A stretch of 64,000 nucleotides of DNA from Octopus vulgaris (taxonomy: Eukaryota): assembly GCA_951406725.2 (NCBI GenBank), contig OX597814.1, forward strand, positions 17,174,001 through 17,238,000, in the 5' to 3' direction. Positions 27,186 to 41,552 of the stretch are shown piece by piece. Both the position numbers and the translations under genes were made by a program. Position 1 is the first letter of the stretch, and every line of letters begins with the position of its first letter. Below the pieces are notes generated by a model. The model was not told where the DNA came from and did no database searches. It saw only the letters and a list, made by a program, of their open reading frames with translations.

Positions 27186-28199
27186 TAAAAATAACTATGC
27201 ATTCTCCTCTTAGTTTTCTGGGGGGAGGGGGTTTGTTTTCCATGTAAAACAAATTTATTTGTCAACATACATAAATATTCAAATGCTTCTCCAGGAGTGT
27301 TTATCCGAATATATTTACTTTTGGTATCTATACACCCCTACACATAACTACATGTGTATGTGTGTGTGTGTGTATCCACCTAACCGTATTTATCGGCATC
27401 ACTATCTGCACATGCACACACACACACGTACCTATATATATATATATACAAACATATTTTTACATGCAAACTTCTATACATACATACACATACACATACA
27501 CATGCCTATATATACAACGCTTTATCGCTCTTTTTCCGCGTATTAATTGCAATAACAAGCCATTGGTCGGTCTGATGTTAATGCAGAAGGCATTTGCTCA
27601 GCTTGCCACCCAGTGTGTGTAGGCCAGAAACACGTGTTTACGATGTGAAAGTTTTAAACATGCGCTCATATATCTGTGTATAAGTGTGTACGTGTATGTA
27701 TATGTTTGTGCGTGTTTATGCGTTTGTGTTTGTGTATGTGTGAGTGTATACACACCCGCTCAGATTAAGCCCTCTGTTCGCGTGTTAGGCTTGTTCCTAT
27801 AAATGCACTGGTCTGCAGGGTCATTACAACACACCGTAAATAAAGATACAATCTTGAAAAAACTAGTTTTAGCAAGGATACGAACTCAAATTACGTTGAT
27901 AAAAGTTGGCAGCTGACGGAAAACTCAGAGACTTGCTATTGCACATTTGAAGCACTGAATAACATCGGAAAACCTGACACAATGTAATGTTACAAATTGT
28001 GATTTCATGATATGATGAAATTTTTAAAAAAAAGTTTAATTTTGATTTATATAATTTTCATTAAAATAAATCAATTTAATCAACATTAATTAACTTTAAA
28101 TTATTCAGTTCTAAATACAATCTAATCACTAATACACAGCCCTACAGAATTCTGAGTTGAAATGTAGTGAAATGGGACAGGTTTTATATATCTGGGATG

Positions 28200-28780
28200 T
28201 ACGTGCAGGCTGTGTCTTTTCTTCTCTGATTGGTAGTTTCGGAATAACGTCGTTTTAATAGCTTTTCAAGGAATTTATCTATTTTTCTCCATAATTATTT
28301 TTATTCTTCTTCACCATGTCAATTCTCTAGAGAGAAAACTTGTACAGCACAAGCCATTGGGTGGAAATCTGTATTGACCACCGCAACAAGCTTTCTTCTA
28401 TTTCTTAACCAAAATCGTATGTATTTCAAATATCCTTTTTGTTATTTTTCTATGTGATAAAAGCATACAGGCTGCAGCCTCAAATTTCCTGGGACTTTAA
28501 TGCCAACTAGTAGTGTTCAGACCAGGCACCCAGAAGTGTTTCTTTTCTTTCTGAGAAATAACAGTACGGTATACAATTCTTTTCTGAAAAGATGCGTTTC
28601 ATCTAAGTTAGGAAAGATTATTGGATATTTTCATTCAAACTCGTTGATATTCTTAAGTACCTGGAGAAATAACTTTTCCACCGAGACGAATGTGTTTGCA
28701 ATTTCATCAAATTTACGGATGTCAGCGGTGAACGCTTTTGAATTACCACGTGATGTCTGACGATGCTATTCTCTTTTCTT
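28200..28780 (-). pseudogene. pogo/Tigger-like (DDE_1) transposase relic
   Basis: Minus-strand pieces NLDETHLFRK (compare the NxDETGLFWK first-D motif) and PGNLRLQP (compare GxxKLKP); many stops. Confidence 0.5.
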
Positions 28781-30400
28781 TTACCTTTTCTTTCTTTTCT
28801 TTTGCATTTGGTGTTTCTTAGAGTCGGGGTGCGTTACATTTTCTGTTCCATCCATATAACAAACATATTTCCGTTTTTTTTTGCTAATTATTTATGTAGT
28901 TTTTGAATGAGGTATTTTCTTTGCTGAAATGAGGTGTCATGGGATATTTTATTTCATAGGTGTGGACAAACTGGAGAAATGTACTCAAATAAGACTAACA
29001 TTTGCCGCCTCAAAACTTCTAATTTCACATCCAGTTTAATGCCCTTTACATGAACATTTAGGATTTGGAGTTGCAGGCTATTTTCTACTAATGGACAGTA
29101 AAAGAAACTGAGAACGATTTCGATGTAGTGAGACTATGCACGAATCTGAATCATAGTCTTACATGTTTCTTCGGTATTATAGGACTGGGGGAATGTAGGA
29201 AAGAAGAAATAGCGCGTCTGATAACAATGAATGAATGTTTACGAAAGCAGCGAATAGTCTTTCGTTTGTAAGCTACCTGGTAAGTGTTTCAGCATTATCA
29301 TCCTACGTCCCATACATATAAGCATAATAGCAATAAGAGTTTCCTCACACTTTTGGAGAAGCGACAAAGGAATACTTGAACAATTCATGAAGCTTGGGCA
29401 GTATTGTTGCTATTGTTATTTAAACTCAGGTCAACGCTTGGGGAAAATCTGTTAGTAAAAGCATTCCATTTGTAGTTGTATTAATGACTAAATTTCCTCG
29501 TGTGCATTTTATAATTTTGCATGTATGTGATTTATGGGAAATTTAACTGCTATTTCTAGTACATCGATATCAAAAGCTCATGTGACATTGATTCACTTTC
29601 ACACATTTGCTATGTATGTGAGTGGCAAGGATATTGTCTGAAACTGCGAAACAATGTTTTCAGTTATTTTTCATTTATTTTTAGAGAGAGATAGAGTGAA
29701 TGATGTGTACAGAAAGATGCCATTGGTCACCGTACTAGATGTCTCACAATGGTTAAAACGCATTTGTTGCCAAAGTTAATCAATATAAAACAGATATTAC
29801 TAGTTACTTCCCTTTTAATTATATTATGTTCGACTTCAAAATTATCGGCGTGCACTTGAAATTGAATTTACTGCACAGAATGAGAAATACTGGGAATTAA
29901 ATTTTATACATTTTAACCAAAGAAGTGCAATTTTCACTAATATGAGATTCACTACGGTTATGATTGCGATACTTCGTTTCATATATAGATTCATTTTTGT
30001 TATATTTAGTTATACATTTATCTGAACTTGTTTTATGTTTCTCTTTTAGTTCCTACATTTTGGGATTTCATCCACAAAATTACTTTGATTACGAAGGCAA
30101 TTTAGAATACAAAACCTTCTTCTTTAAGTTGTAACTTTGTAATTATTGAGCTGACAATACATTTTTCGTTCGTTGATTATATTGCTAGTTGCCTTATGTA
30201 GAATGTCAGCTTCGGGAAATAAAATAACTTTAGATTTCAGTTTTATTCTATTTAATTTTGTTTTCATTTGTGTAATTTAAAAAAAAGACACGACGATAAT
30301 GATGATAGCGGCAAACAGTTGCATTTCTGCGAAAAATATAATTTAATAAGGTTTTATTATCAACATTCATACAACACTGTAGATTATAAGTAGCGACATG

Positions 30401-30455
<55 letters not shown>

Positions 30456-30460
<5 letters not shown>

Positions 30461-30770
30461 TTGCGGCCAAAATGTTCAGAACGGCATTGTTTTCGTCAGA
30501 AAAGTAGATATAAGTTTTTATCAAAGTAGTTTTATATTCTATAATTTTCACAAACAATAAATACGATATTATTTGTTATTGTCTGAGATTTTGGTGTAAT
30601 TTCAGGGGATAATAAAAAAGTTATGGGTGATTTAGTGATTTACTGTAAAAACATTGTCCATACATGCGAAAATCATCCGGAAATAGCCAGATTGGCTCTC
30701 TAATGGGCCAAAATGCATCAAGCATCAATGATTCATTATAAATATGCACATTCTTGAGTCAACAATATGA
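30456..30770. mobile_element. Tc1/mariner-like terminal fragment
   Basis: TA|CAGTTGCGGCCAAAA terminus in a (TA)n tract; no partner TIR found. Confidence 0.45.
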
Positions 30771-30775
30771 CTGCA

Positions 30776-30980
30776 GGGCGGCAAGCTGGCAGAATCGTTA
30801 GCACGCCGGGCGAAATGCTTAGCGGTATTTCGTCTGCCTTTCCGTTCAGAGTTCAAATTCCGCTTTTCATCCTTTCGGGGTCGATTAAATAAGTACCAGT
30901 TACGCACTGGGTTCGATGTAATCGACTTAATCCCTTGTTCGTCTCCTCTAGGTTTAGCCCTGTGCAGGCAATAAAGAAAT
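30776..30980 (+). mobile_element. SINE family D
   Basis: ggcggcaagctggcagaatcgttagcacgccggg...ttcatcctttcggggtcgattaaataagtacc. Confidence 0.9.
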
Positions 30981-31099
30981 AAATATACTTGCATTTTCCC
31001 AAAGCATAACCAATAAAATAGTACATAACACATGCGAATTCTTTGATCCTAAAATTCAACTGCAGAGATACTTCTAGAATACATGATATGACAGCAAAT

Positions 31100-32200
31100 T
31101 ATATATTTGCAGCTATTAACCACCTAGATTCAAACTCAGTATCTGGGCCAGTTAGTTTCCTAGCCATATTGTAAAAAAACGTGCAAAATATGCCTCGCCA
31201 AATATTTAAAGATGCTATTTCAAATGTCGTTATATACAGGTATATTCGCAGAACTATTTAAAAACGCATTAGTAGCACCAATAGATAATAGAGTTAGCAG
31301 GGCTGAAGCTAAAATCACATACCTGTTTCTCTCGTATCTCACCCATCTAAAATTGTTGGACGCAAAAAGAATAAGTTCGTACTTTGAGGAAAACAACATC
31401 TTAGACAACACACATGGTTTTCGGACTAGACGAAGTTGCCTGTCACTATTATTACAGCACCTTATCACTATCCTCCCTAATGTCTTGAAAGGAATGAATA
31501 CTGATTGTATATACTTTGATTTTGCAACAGCATTTGACAAAATTGATCATGGCATCATTTGTCATAGGTTAAGGGAATTTGGTACCACAGGAAAACTCTG
31601 TGAATGATATTTTGATTTCTTATAGGGTAGGAATCAATCTGTTGCTGCAAACGGTTTTCTCTCTACAAAAGTCACCAGTAACACGTGGTATCCCTCAGAG
31701 TATGGTTCTAAGACCATTATTATTTATCATCACCCCATCAGCTATAATCTCATAAGAGCTCTCGAACAACCTGACAAGCTATGCTGAATACACAAAAGTC
31801 TCGATAGCTTTCCAAACTCCAAATGATCTCGTCATACTCCAAAACGAGCTAAACGTCAGTTATCAATGAGCAGATTAAAACCATATGAAACTAAATGCAT
31901 CAAAATTTCAGGTTCTGCATTACAGAGTGAATACACACAAATCACATTATTTGGCAGATGACAATTATTCAGGTCGCTAATGACAGACGGTACTTGGGGA
32001 GTAATCGTGTCAAATGATGCATCTTTCATCAGCCCATCGCGAAACTGACATCCAAATACAGACATCTCATAGGATGGAGCCCACGAACCTTCGTGACATG
32101 AGAGCCGATAGTCATGCTGATTCTATGGAAAACCTCAGTTTTGAGCAGATTCCCTTTTTTTATCACAGCATACGCAAAAGCCCATCGGCAGATGAGATCC
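31100..32200 (+). mobile_element. CR1/L2/Jockey-group LINE RT relic
   Basis: ORF 31212 HGFRTRRSCLS...IYFDFATAFDKIDHG, then GRNQSV and GIPQSMVLRPLLF (compare GVPQGSVLGPLLF); stops and frameshifts. Confidence 0.85.
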
Positions 32201-32329
32201 TTATGCAGACTACTCCTGATTAGAGCCTCAATTTTCATTAAGGCATGAGTGCTTTTCAAAATGAGCACACATCGCCTTCCATTGTGCAGAGGAATCAATC
32301 AATATCGCAGTGAAACATACAGTAACGTA

Positions 32330-32810
32330 TTTGGTGTGTGTTTATGATAGGAATGTTATTTTAGTATAGATTTGGTCTGAAGGAGATTAACTAACTGTAT
32401 CCGATATCCCACTGAGGTTGGTAAGACAGGTGCTATTAATGCGCTTTATGAAAATTTACAAGTCAACGTCTTGAATCGAAGGATGTACATAACAGAAATT
32501 TTAATGGACAGATACAAAACTAGATTGATGCAATTTGTATGATTAGAGAAGGAGAGACAAACGGTTAGGGTAACTGAGTAGAGGCAAAAAATTGAATGAG
32601 GGAGTTCTGAAGAACATTCATTGTTTAAATGGCAGGAGAAAATGCAGAGAAGACTGCATAAATGTGAACCAGATATTGGTGTATGGTTTGTGAGAAACTT
32701 ATTGCCAATCAGTTGAGTGGTTTTTAGGGAATATGATTTGCATTACCGTTTCTGTAGTGGCAGCATCATCCTAGATTTGTGGCCAGTACACCATTATGAG
32801 CTTCGCTGGA
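32330..32810 (-). mobile_element. possible highly degraded LINE 3' fragment
   Basis: Weak resemblance to the post-RT C-terminus of L2/Crack-like LINEs (QLIG, NNECSSEL). Confidence 0.25.
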
Positions 32811-35353
32811 GCTTTATAAAAGTCTGCAGGTGTAGTCTACTGAAGTATTTTCTGGTTCTGATGGAAGTTATATTGTCCGCTTAATACAATTAACTTGCGA
32901 TTTGGATTATCGGAAAATTTTCAGTTAGCATTTTAAATTAAGAAGTATCTTGTACATGTTTGTTCAATTTTGTAGCCAAGTGAGATTAGATTAGCGCGGT
33001 AAAAGTATTTGCCACTATATTATATTGTTAATGATAAGAAGTGATCTAAAATCCTTTTGACTGGACAAGTTCTAATAGACTTCGTAAATACTCGTCCAGC
33101 TGTAATTCCCTACGAAAATACTTGAAATATGTCTTTCAAAACACTTACATTAACATAAATATAAAACCTCAAAATCAAGACAAAAAAATACAACTTCTGT
33201 TTTAATGCAATTTTCCCGCTATTGCTTTTCACCATGCACACATTGTATCTTTTCAAGAAGACAAGTAGAGAATAGAAATGTCTTCACTTTAACTAGTTTA
33301 TTAGTAGCTGAAGTGAAAAAGACAAGGAGTTTGTGTCATTATGCTTTTAACAGGGAAGAGAGTTTGTGGTTTTCTGAAGAGCAAATAGCATTGATTGCTA
33401 TTACTGACTTGTGCTTATTCAATGGACTATGTATGCATATACTACCTCTCACGTTAAAGAATATATCTTGACAATAAAGGATGATGTGTATAATACACAC
33501 ACACACACTTACACACATATCGTTGTTGTTATGTTAAACTGTCGCATGTCCAAAGTTAGCCAAATGAGTTCTTTTCAATATTTAATTTTGCTTGCAGTAG
33601 CCGGTTCTTTAGGCGTCGTATTTCCAGCTACTTCAGATGTCAAGATATGAAAATTGTCAAAATATAGTACAACGGTTTAGCGTTTTTCAAAAGTGTAGTA
33701 AGTCTCACATACGACAGTTTTGCAAAAATATTTCTTACTGAAATAATCATACATGCATATAGAGTTACGATTTTATATGGACAGCTAAGTGTATTAGAAA
33801 GGAGACTGGTGATATTGAGACAGGGATTAGTGAGAGGAGAAAAGATAGTTCAAGGAGAGTGCAGAGATAATAATGAGGCAAATAAGGCAATCGTACCAAA
33901 GGCAAGGAGTGGGAAAATGGATAAGGGAGAATTGAGTTTGTTAAAGTTTAGGAATGACAGCTATAAGATTATTGGTTGAGATAGTAAGCAAATTGCACAT
34001 ATTTGAGGAAAGTTAGGTTTCTCTTTCAGTGGCAGAGGGGGATTACTAAGGTATGTAGAAAGGTATGAGAGAGATAGAGGGGTAAACAGAGTGTGGGGTG
34101 CTGGTCAAGGTACCAGCATTGGATCTTGAGCCTACAGTGGATTGTGGACTGCATGCCAAATTATGACTTTACGCATACATTGTGCATTTGGTCTACATTT
34201 GTAAATGTATGTGCAATAACTGGAAGGACAAATCCACATTAGCAAGTACGGGAGTGTCCATACACAGTGTTAATGCACAGGCATACTATCACCGACTGTA
34301 TGTTGGTGATTTTGTTATTAAAATATCTTAATTCTACTGGATCCCGAAAGTTTTTATTTTACACACACACGCGTGCGCGCACATATATGCATACGTAGAT
34401 ACATATCTACATGCAGACATATACACTTACAAATATGTATATGTGTGTTTTTATAGAATGTGACAGACTACTCCGACTTCTGCTCTGGGCTTTGCACTTC
34501 ACGAGATGGAAAATAGAAAGTCGGTTCATAAATTATTTAATTACATTATACTACACATGTTTCAGTGAAGAAAACGCCGCTTTATGTAATTCGAGCACCA
34601 GCTACGTTTTCTAGATCTTCACTTCACGACAGACTCGTAGCAAATATAGATCCGTGTATAAATATGTGAGAGCGTGTGTATACGAATGTATATGTGGAGT
34701 GGGGCGTGTGCGTCGGTGCTTGTATACGTATATTGCTTCGATATGTTTTCGTATTTCTGGTAGACTGGAAATATTGGTTTTCACTATATTTACTTTATTT
34801 ATTTTCCCTTCAATTCACATCACAAGCAAGATACAATAGATTCTAAGGCATCGGCAACTTCGCTTCACGAGAATGTCATATTCTTTGGTGTTTGAATTGT
34901 ATTGCTTGTCTTGTTACCAAAAACCTTTCGTGAGGAGAGAGAAGAACAATCAAAGAGTTTCAGAAATGTACCTTCTACTAATTCAAGTTGCTAAACGATA
35001 TTTCACTTCATATAGGCAAGAACATATTGAAATTACTGTCCTCATGAGGAAATCGAAATATCTTTTATTCTTTAAGGTAGAATATATTAACATTGGTAGC
35101 ACAGAGAGAGCAATGTAAAATATTTTCATATTGTATACAGATGAATTACTCCTAAGGTAATATAATCTGGCTTGAGTTGTGTCGGCATTTGAAAGTATGT
35201 ATTTTTAAGTCTAATACTGAAGACGTTGATTTTAACACGGACGATCCTTAAAATTCTCCTTACCAGTTTTTAACATTAAGAAGATATGTATATATATATA
35301 TATACATATATATATATGTATGTATGTATATATACATATATATATATAGAAGA

Positions 35354-35509
35354 TATCGGCATTGCTGAAATAAATAGTCTCAAAATTTAATACCATATCA
35401 ATCCGACTATACTGCCGATCTTCAGGTCTGGATTATATAAAGCTATCTTACTATTTACATCGGACTGATAAGGTATTGAATTTCGAGACCTATTTCAGCA
35501 ATACCGATA
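35354..35509. repeat. inverted repeat of about 50 bp with 53-bp spacer
   Basis: tatcggcattgctgaaata...taccatatcaatccga (35354-35406) versus tcggactgataaggtattg...tatttcagcaataccgata (35460-35509). Confidence 0.88.
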
Positions 35510-35736
35510 GATATTGTCATGAAACTCACGTAGTCTCTATAATTTAATATATGATTCAGAATAAGAATTGTAGATATTAATTTGCTAAAATTTAATCTTA
35601 TATATATCATAGATAATGTCGTTCAATGTTGATTGAGTTGCTTAAACATATATATATAATTAGTGGTAAAATTGTTAATTAATTGATTAATTGATTAATT
35701 AATTTGATTAATAAATTTTACCCTTCTGTTATTAAT

Positions 35737-35777
<41 letters not shown>

Positions 35778-35949
35778 TATATTTATATATACACGTATAA
35801 CACAAGTAAATAGACACGCTTATACTCGTTAAATCTGAAATTATATATTCAAATTATTTATTAATTATTATAATTTAAATATCTAATATTTAGTAGACAT
35901 GCCCTTTACATTTTTCAATGCAAGGTTCCTTATTAAGGATGCTACTGAT

Positions 35950-36850
35950 CAGATGACAAATATTCTCTTTCAGCATGATTTGTTGATCTTTTTATGTAGT
36001 ATTCTGTTAATTATGACCCAGAGGTGTCCAAAAAGGTTCATATCTGATAACTGGCTTGGCCACAGAAGCTTTTTATTGCCATTCTCTTCCAACTAATCTT
36101 GGTTCTTTCTAGCCGTGTGACAAGGAGCCCCATCTTTCATAAATAAAGAATCTTCTTTAATCATTTCACCACTGGAGAAGATTGGAAAGAGTCTTTTCTA
36201 CACTATGGACGCATATTTAGCTAAGTTTATGTTTCAATTACACTTCACCAGCTCTGATCGACCATTGCTGCAAATTGTTCCCCAGACCATCACAGAATAG
36301 CCACTGAGTTTCATTGTTGGCTGTACTTCAGGTCAAATTTTTGATCAGTCTCCAGACCCACACTCGTCCACTGTCAGAAAATACAGCAAATTTGGACTCA
36401 TCAGAGAATATGACAGAGTCGCATTGGTATTGGCTTCTCCACCGTCTCACTAGCCAAATCTTTTCTCCGACTGTTATTGGCTGGTCGAAGAAGTGGCTTC
36501 CTTCTTGCTGCTCTGCTATAGTAGCCACGTTTTAGGAGATACCTGATAGCTGTTCTAAGATTGATATCAACTTATTCTGCCCGGCCAGAAGACTTGCAAC
36601 GAGTATTATCCTCCACACTTCACTTAACAAAGCGAAGGGTTCTGTCAGAGGGCTCTGGTCGACCTGGGCGAGGTAATGTGGACTCCTTTCCCTCCCTTGT
36701 GAATTGCACAATCATTCTATTAACTGTAGAAAGCGGGATACCAAGTCTTTCTGCCATTTTACTCTGACTAGGTCCATCTTCAGACTGACTAACAATAGGA
36801 CTCTTTGAAATTCGGACAGTTCTAAACCTTCTTTTGTAAGTGGCATAATT
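35950..36850 (-). pseudogene. Tc1-family transposase pseudogene
   Basis: [54 protein letters not shown] and WPSQLSDMNLFGHLW (third catalytic residue E appears as G); frameshifts. Confidence 0.9.
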
Positions 36851-36978
36851 AAACAGTCACACATAGAACCTGAAATACAAATAGGTCAATAAAAAATATA
36901 AATTGTTTCAAGTTAAAATAAGCATAAAACGATGATTTATTGGCTGTCTATTTACTTCTGTCACGTCTGTGAATGTAT

Positions 36979-37018
<40 letters not shown>

Positions 37019-37094
37019 TAAATAAAACATAGGCATATATATATATACATATATGTACGTACCAACCTCTACATGTATATATACACGCATATAT

Positions 37095-37392
37095 GAGTAC
37101 AGGACACCAAAAAAACGTCGAACACAATGAGAAACGAAAACATAGACACAAACCCAGGGAACTGGACATTTTTTTAACAACAAAAAAATATAGAGTACAG
37201 GACAATTAACACAAAGAAAAAAAACCCTTCTTCAGTCGCCATGGTTTCATCTACTCTACGTTTCGAAGGTGAAGACGAGACGTATCTTCGATAAGAAACT
37301 TTCCTTCCTGCGAAAAGCAAATCAATTAAAATTTGAGATCTTTTCGCAGAGGGGTAAAAATGGTAACAAAAACACGACAGTAACGACAGTAC
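37095..37392 (-). repeat. interspersed repeat shared with 8720-9030
   Basis: Colinear similarity to the 8720-9030 copy. Confidence 0.65.
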
Positions 37393-37428
37393 AAATATAC
37401 GTGTGTTATGTATGTATGTATGTGTCTG

Positions 37429-37517
<89 letters not shown>

Positions 37518-38330
37518 AATTCATACACAATGTTCCCAAGTGATCAAAAGGGTCGTTTCTCAAACAATTCACATCCATTTCGCTGCAGTAATTCCTCATT
37601 ATCTATCACACTCATTAACTCATATGTAATCACTGTATAACTAATCATTGTCGCATTAGATTTCTGGTTTCAACTGGAGATTTGCGCTGATACTAGGTTT
37701 GCATAGCTATTCCAACAATCCTGGATTTCAATTTTTTTTTTCTTTTTATGCATGTTATTATCCTTCCATGAACATCCTCAATTTTCTTTCTATAACTATT
37801 GGCTTAATATTTTTGTCCTATAACCAAAGAATCTTTCTAAGGAAATATGAAAAAAAAAAGTATAAGAGAAAAGAGAAATCGGGTGGAGATATGATTCAGA
37901 AATAAAGGAAAAATAATATTGTCTTTTCTTCCGTTGACAAAACTTCTGCTTCCGTGACAGAAGCTTATTTTGTTTCAAACAATGATCATGCTGTCTTACA
38001 AATCTAAGATAGGAAATACCAATTCCAGCTGATAAATATAAAAAGTAAGCAAAGTGAGAGAGAGAGAGAGGCGGAGAGAAAGAGCGTGAGACAGAGAGAG
38101 TGAGAGAGAGAAACAGAGAGAGAGGACAGAGAGAAAGAGGAAGAGAGGAAAACAAAAACAGAGGGGTAGAGAGAGAGAGACGTTGATTCTATATTTTGAA
38201 GCCATAGGCATTTGGAAATTGCATTGTTCGACAGCGAAATAAAGGATTTAAGAATGTGAAAGAAAATGTGATAAGCATGCACTGAGCGTATATATATTTA
38301 TATATACGCATGTGTATGCCTATGTGTATG

Positions 38331-38368
<38 letters not shown>

Positions 38369-38447
38369 TAATCATACATACACACACACACACACATATA
38401 TATATATATGAATAAGCTTATATACATATATATATATATGAATAAGC

Positions 38448-38534
<87 letters not shown>

Positions 38535-38567
38535 TAAGCTTATATACATATATATATATATATATAT

Positions 38568-38685
38568 GAAGAGCTCCGCTCGAAACGTCATACCTCCCTG
38601 CTTCCATTTCCTGAGCGCCTATTAATAATAATACTGTAATTGTTCCCTTGTTGTTGTTTTTTTGTTTCCCGTTTGGATTAAAAAT
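38568..38685 (+). repeat. 5'-truncated copy of the 61.6-kb Penelope-type terminus, cut inside the hammerhead core
   Basis: gaagagctccgctcgaaacgtcatacctccctgcttccatttcctgagcgcc...cccgtttggattaaaa, near-identical to 61640-61756; embedded in (TA)n. Confidence 0.9.
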
Positions 38686-38711
38686 ATATATATATATATA
38701 TATATGAATAA

Positions 38712-38791
<80 letters not shown>

Positions 38792-39116
38792 ATATATGCA
38801 TGTATAAGCACACATACATATATTAGTGATAGGACTAAATATTTCCCTGAACAAACGGATATATTTCTTCTTGTAAGAAATATCACAGTGAGTTCATATA
38901 TAAATGCATCGAAACAGTTTAAACGTATTGATTAGCAAGTGGATAATAAGCAAGGTGCAAACTTTAAAATAAAACTTTTATTCCATATGTACTCTACTTG
39001 GATATGTTTCGATATTTCTGGCGAAGATATTTATTTTCAATTTATAACACTTTGTCTCTTTTAGGAGGAAGCGGAGTGACAACTTTGAGGATTCAAGTCA
39101 GTTTTTATGTCGACAG

Positions 39117-39436
39117 TGAGGGCGCGTGGCTTAGTGGTTAGGGCATTCGGCTCATGATCGTAAGGTTGTGAGTTCGATTCCCGGCGACGCGTTGTGTCCT
39201 TGAGCAAGACACTTTATTTCACGTTGCTCCAGTCCACTCAGCTGGCAAAAATGAGTTGTACTTGTATTTCAAAGGGTCAGCCTTGTCACTCTCTGTGTCA
39301 CGCTGATTATCCCCGAGAACTACGTTAAGGGTACACGTGTCTGTGGAATGCTCAGCCATTTGCACGTTAATTTCACGAGCAAGCTGTTCCGTTGATCGTA
39401 TCAGCTGGGACCCTCGTCGTCGTAACCGGCGGAGTC
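39117..39436 (+). mobile_element. tRNA-derived SINE (head B, tail 1) with 13-bp TSD
   Basis: Box A TGGCTTAGTGG and box B GTTCGATTCC; TSD tttatgtcgacag at 39104-39116 and 39437-39449. Confidence 0.95.
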
Positions 39437-39559
39437 TTTATGTCGACAGGTGTTACCGTAATTTTCTAATATTCTGGAGCCTATGGAGATGAGACAAAAA
39501 CTAAAGAAATTCGAATGCCATACTTCTAAGTATAAGTAATGCAATATTTTTAACGGCGA

Positions 39560-39966
39560 GAGGCGGCGAGCTGGCAGAAACGTTAGGACGCCGGGCAAAA
39601 TGCGTAGGTAGCCGTATTTCGTCTGCCGTTACATTCTGAGTTCAAATTGCGCCGAGGTTGACTTTGCCTTTCATCCTTTCGGTGTCGATAAATTAAGTAC
39701 CAGTTACGCACTGAGATCGATATAATTGACTTAATCCGTTTGTCTGTCCTTGTTTGTCCTCTCTGTGTTTAGCTCCTTGTGGGTAGTAAAGAAATAAGTA
39801 TTTCGTCCGTCTTTACGTTCTGAGTTCATATTCCGCCGAGGTCGACTTTGCCTTTCATTCTTTCGAGGTCGATAAATTAAGTACCAGTTGTGTGCTGAGA
39901 TCGATCTAATCAACTGTCGCCCCCCCATCCCTAAAAATTTCGGGCCTTGTGCCTAGAGTAGAAAAG
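39560..39966 (+). mobile_element. SINE family D tandem dimer
   Basis: Two successive central domains (39655 and 39838). Confidence 0.9.
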
Positions 39967-40114
39967 AGTATTTTTAACGGCGTTGAATTTCAGGATTAGT
40001 CGTTCATAATTATACTCATAATAAAATTTTCGATAGTAATAATGATACTAATAATACCGTTAATTATTTCAGAGATAAAATAGGGATATACTTTGCCCTT
40101 TAAAACTTTGGTTG

Positions 40115-40460
40115 TGAAGGCGCATAGCTCAATGTTTAGAGCGTCTGGCTCAAACTCATGAGGTAGTGAGTACGATTCCCGGACCGGGTTATGTTATGTT
40201 CTTAAGTACAACACTTTAATTCATGTTGTTCCAGTTCACTCAGCGGTAAAAATGAGTTGCGATGTCACACTGGTGCCAAGCTGTATCGGCCTTCGCCTTT
40301 CTTTTGAATAACATCGGTGGCGTGGAGAGGGAAGGATTGCATGCATGGATGTTTGTCAGTCTTCCATAATGAGCCTTGCTTGGACTTGGACCTCGGAGGA
40401 GAACTTTCTAGGTTCAATCCCATGGTCATTCATGACTGAAGAGTGTCTTTACCTTTACCT
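40115..40460 (+). mobile_element. degenerate SINE (head B-like, tail 4 ending tctttacctttacc)
   Basis: ggcgcatagctcaatgtttag, gtacgattcccgg and ccagttcactcagc; tail shared with 9070-9345. Confidence 0.8.
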
Positions 40461-40603
40461 CACTGCAACTAAGTATCGGCCAAGACAAACTAAATGACTA
40501 ACGTGTATATATATTTGTGTATGTTGTTTGCATGTGTGTGTGCTTGCACATTGTGTACGTACGTGCGTGCGTGCATATATATGGCATTACATTTATTTCC
40601 ACA

Positions 40604-41045
40604 CTAGCAGCATAGCCCGGCTTTGCCCGGGTATGTAAGAGCCCCTAGTAGGCAACGACTAATCCCAATCTAGTCCTTTCCCTCTAGGGAACGAAGGTGC
40701 ATGTGTAGGTTGCAATGTCTTCTCTTCACTCGAATACTTCTGTGTATATGATGTTCCTAGCTGTCCCTTTGGGCGATAAAAAGGTCGAGTTGTGTCCCCT
40801 AGGCAGAAAATGTGTTGCATATAAAAAGCTTAGATTCTCGACCCCATGTCGAATTCATCGATTTTTTTCAGAACTGGGGGAACTTTTCAAAATTTTCGCT
40901 GCGTTAGTTTTGAATTATGACATTGGGCTATGTGTGTGTCAAGTTTCATCAGAATCGGTTGAAAGCTGTGGCCAGGGTGAGGGTACAACCTGACAGGCAC
41001 ACAGACACACAGACAGACAAACTGCCGTTTATATATAGAGAGAGA
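40604..41045 (-). mobile_element. non-autonomous Helitron
   Basis: Minus strand begins A|TC and ends CTAG|T (AT target, no TSD). The subterminal hairpin CCCGGGCAAAGCCGGG lies about 12 nt from the end, and a (TGTC)n tract lies near the 5' end. Confidence 0.85.
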
Positions 41046-41356
41046 TTAGATTTATTTAACAATATGTACCTGTATGCGGGAAGACGGCTACTTTTGAATC
41101 CATTTTCGGTTCTCAAGATTATATTATAACTCTCTTAAATTCCATACAAGCCAACTCATGAAATTGCATTACTGTTGAAGCAATGTTCCGTACAGTACTT
41201 TAAAGTAATTTTTTAATCAATGTTTCGAAAAACAATATGTATGTGGGTGTACGTTTTGTGCGCGCCTATACAGACGCATATATATAAGCATAAGCACACT
41301 CACATACATGTATTTATACACAGAATTATATGTTCATGTATACACATATCTATATC

Positions 41357-41419
<63 letters not shown>

Positions 41420-41552
41420 ATATATATATATATATACATACATACGCATACATAGATAAAGACCCACGCATATTAAAACATATAACAATAAAATCTATTA
41501 ATTGAATATTTTGAATCCGTTTATTTTTACTTTGTGAATACGAACGAAATTT

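Noticed and set aside
37225-37275. Permuted (type II) hammerhead in the 37.2-kb and 8.9-kb repeat (GAAACGTA...CTGAAGA)
   Set aside because: No convincing stem I or stem II pairing could be built.
39050-39105. Possible micro-exon after a polypyrimidine tract ending in TTAG
   Set aside because: Weak donor, no recognisable protein and no partner exons.
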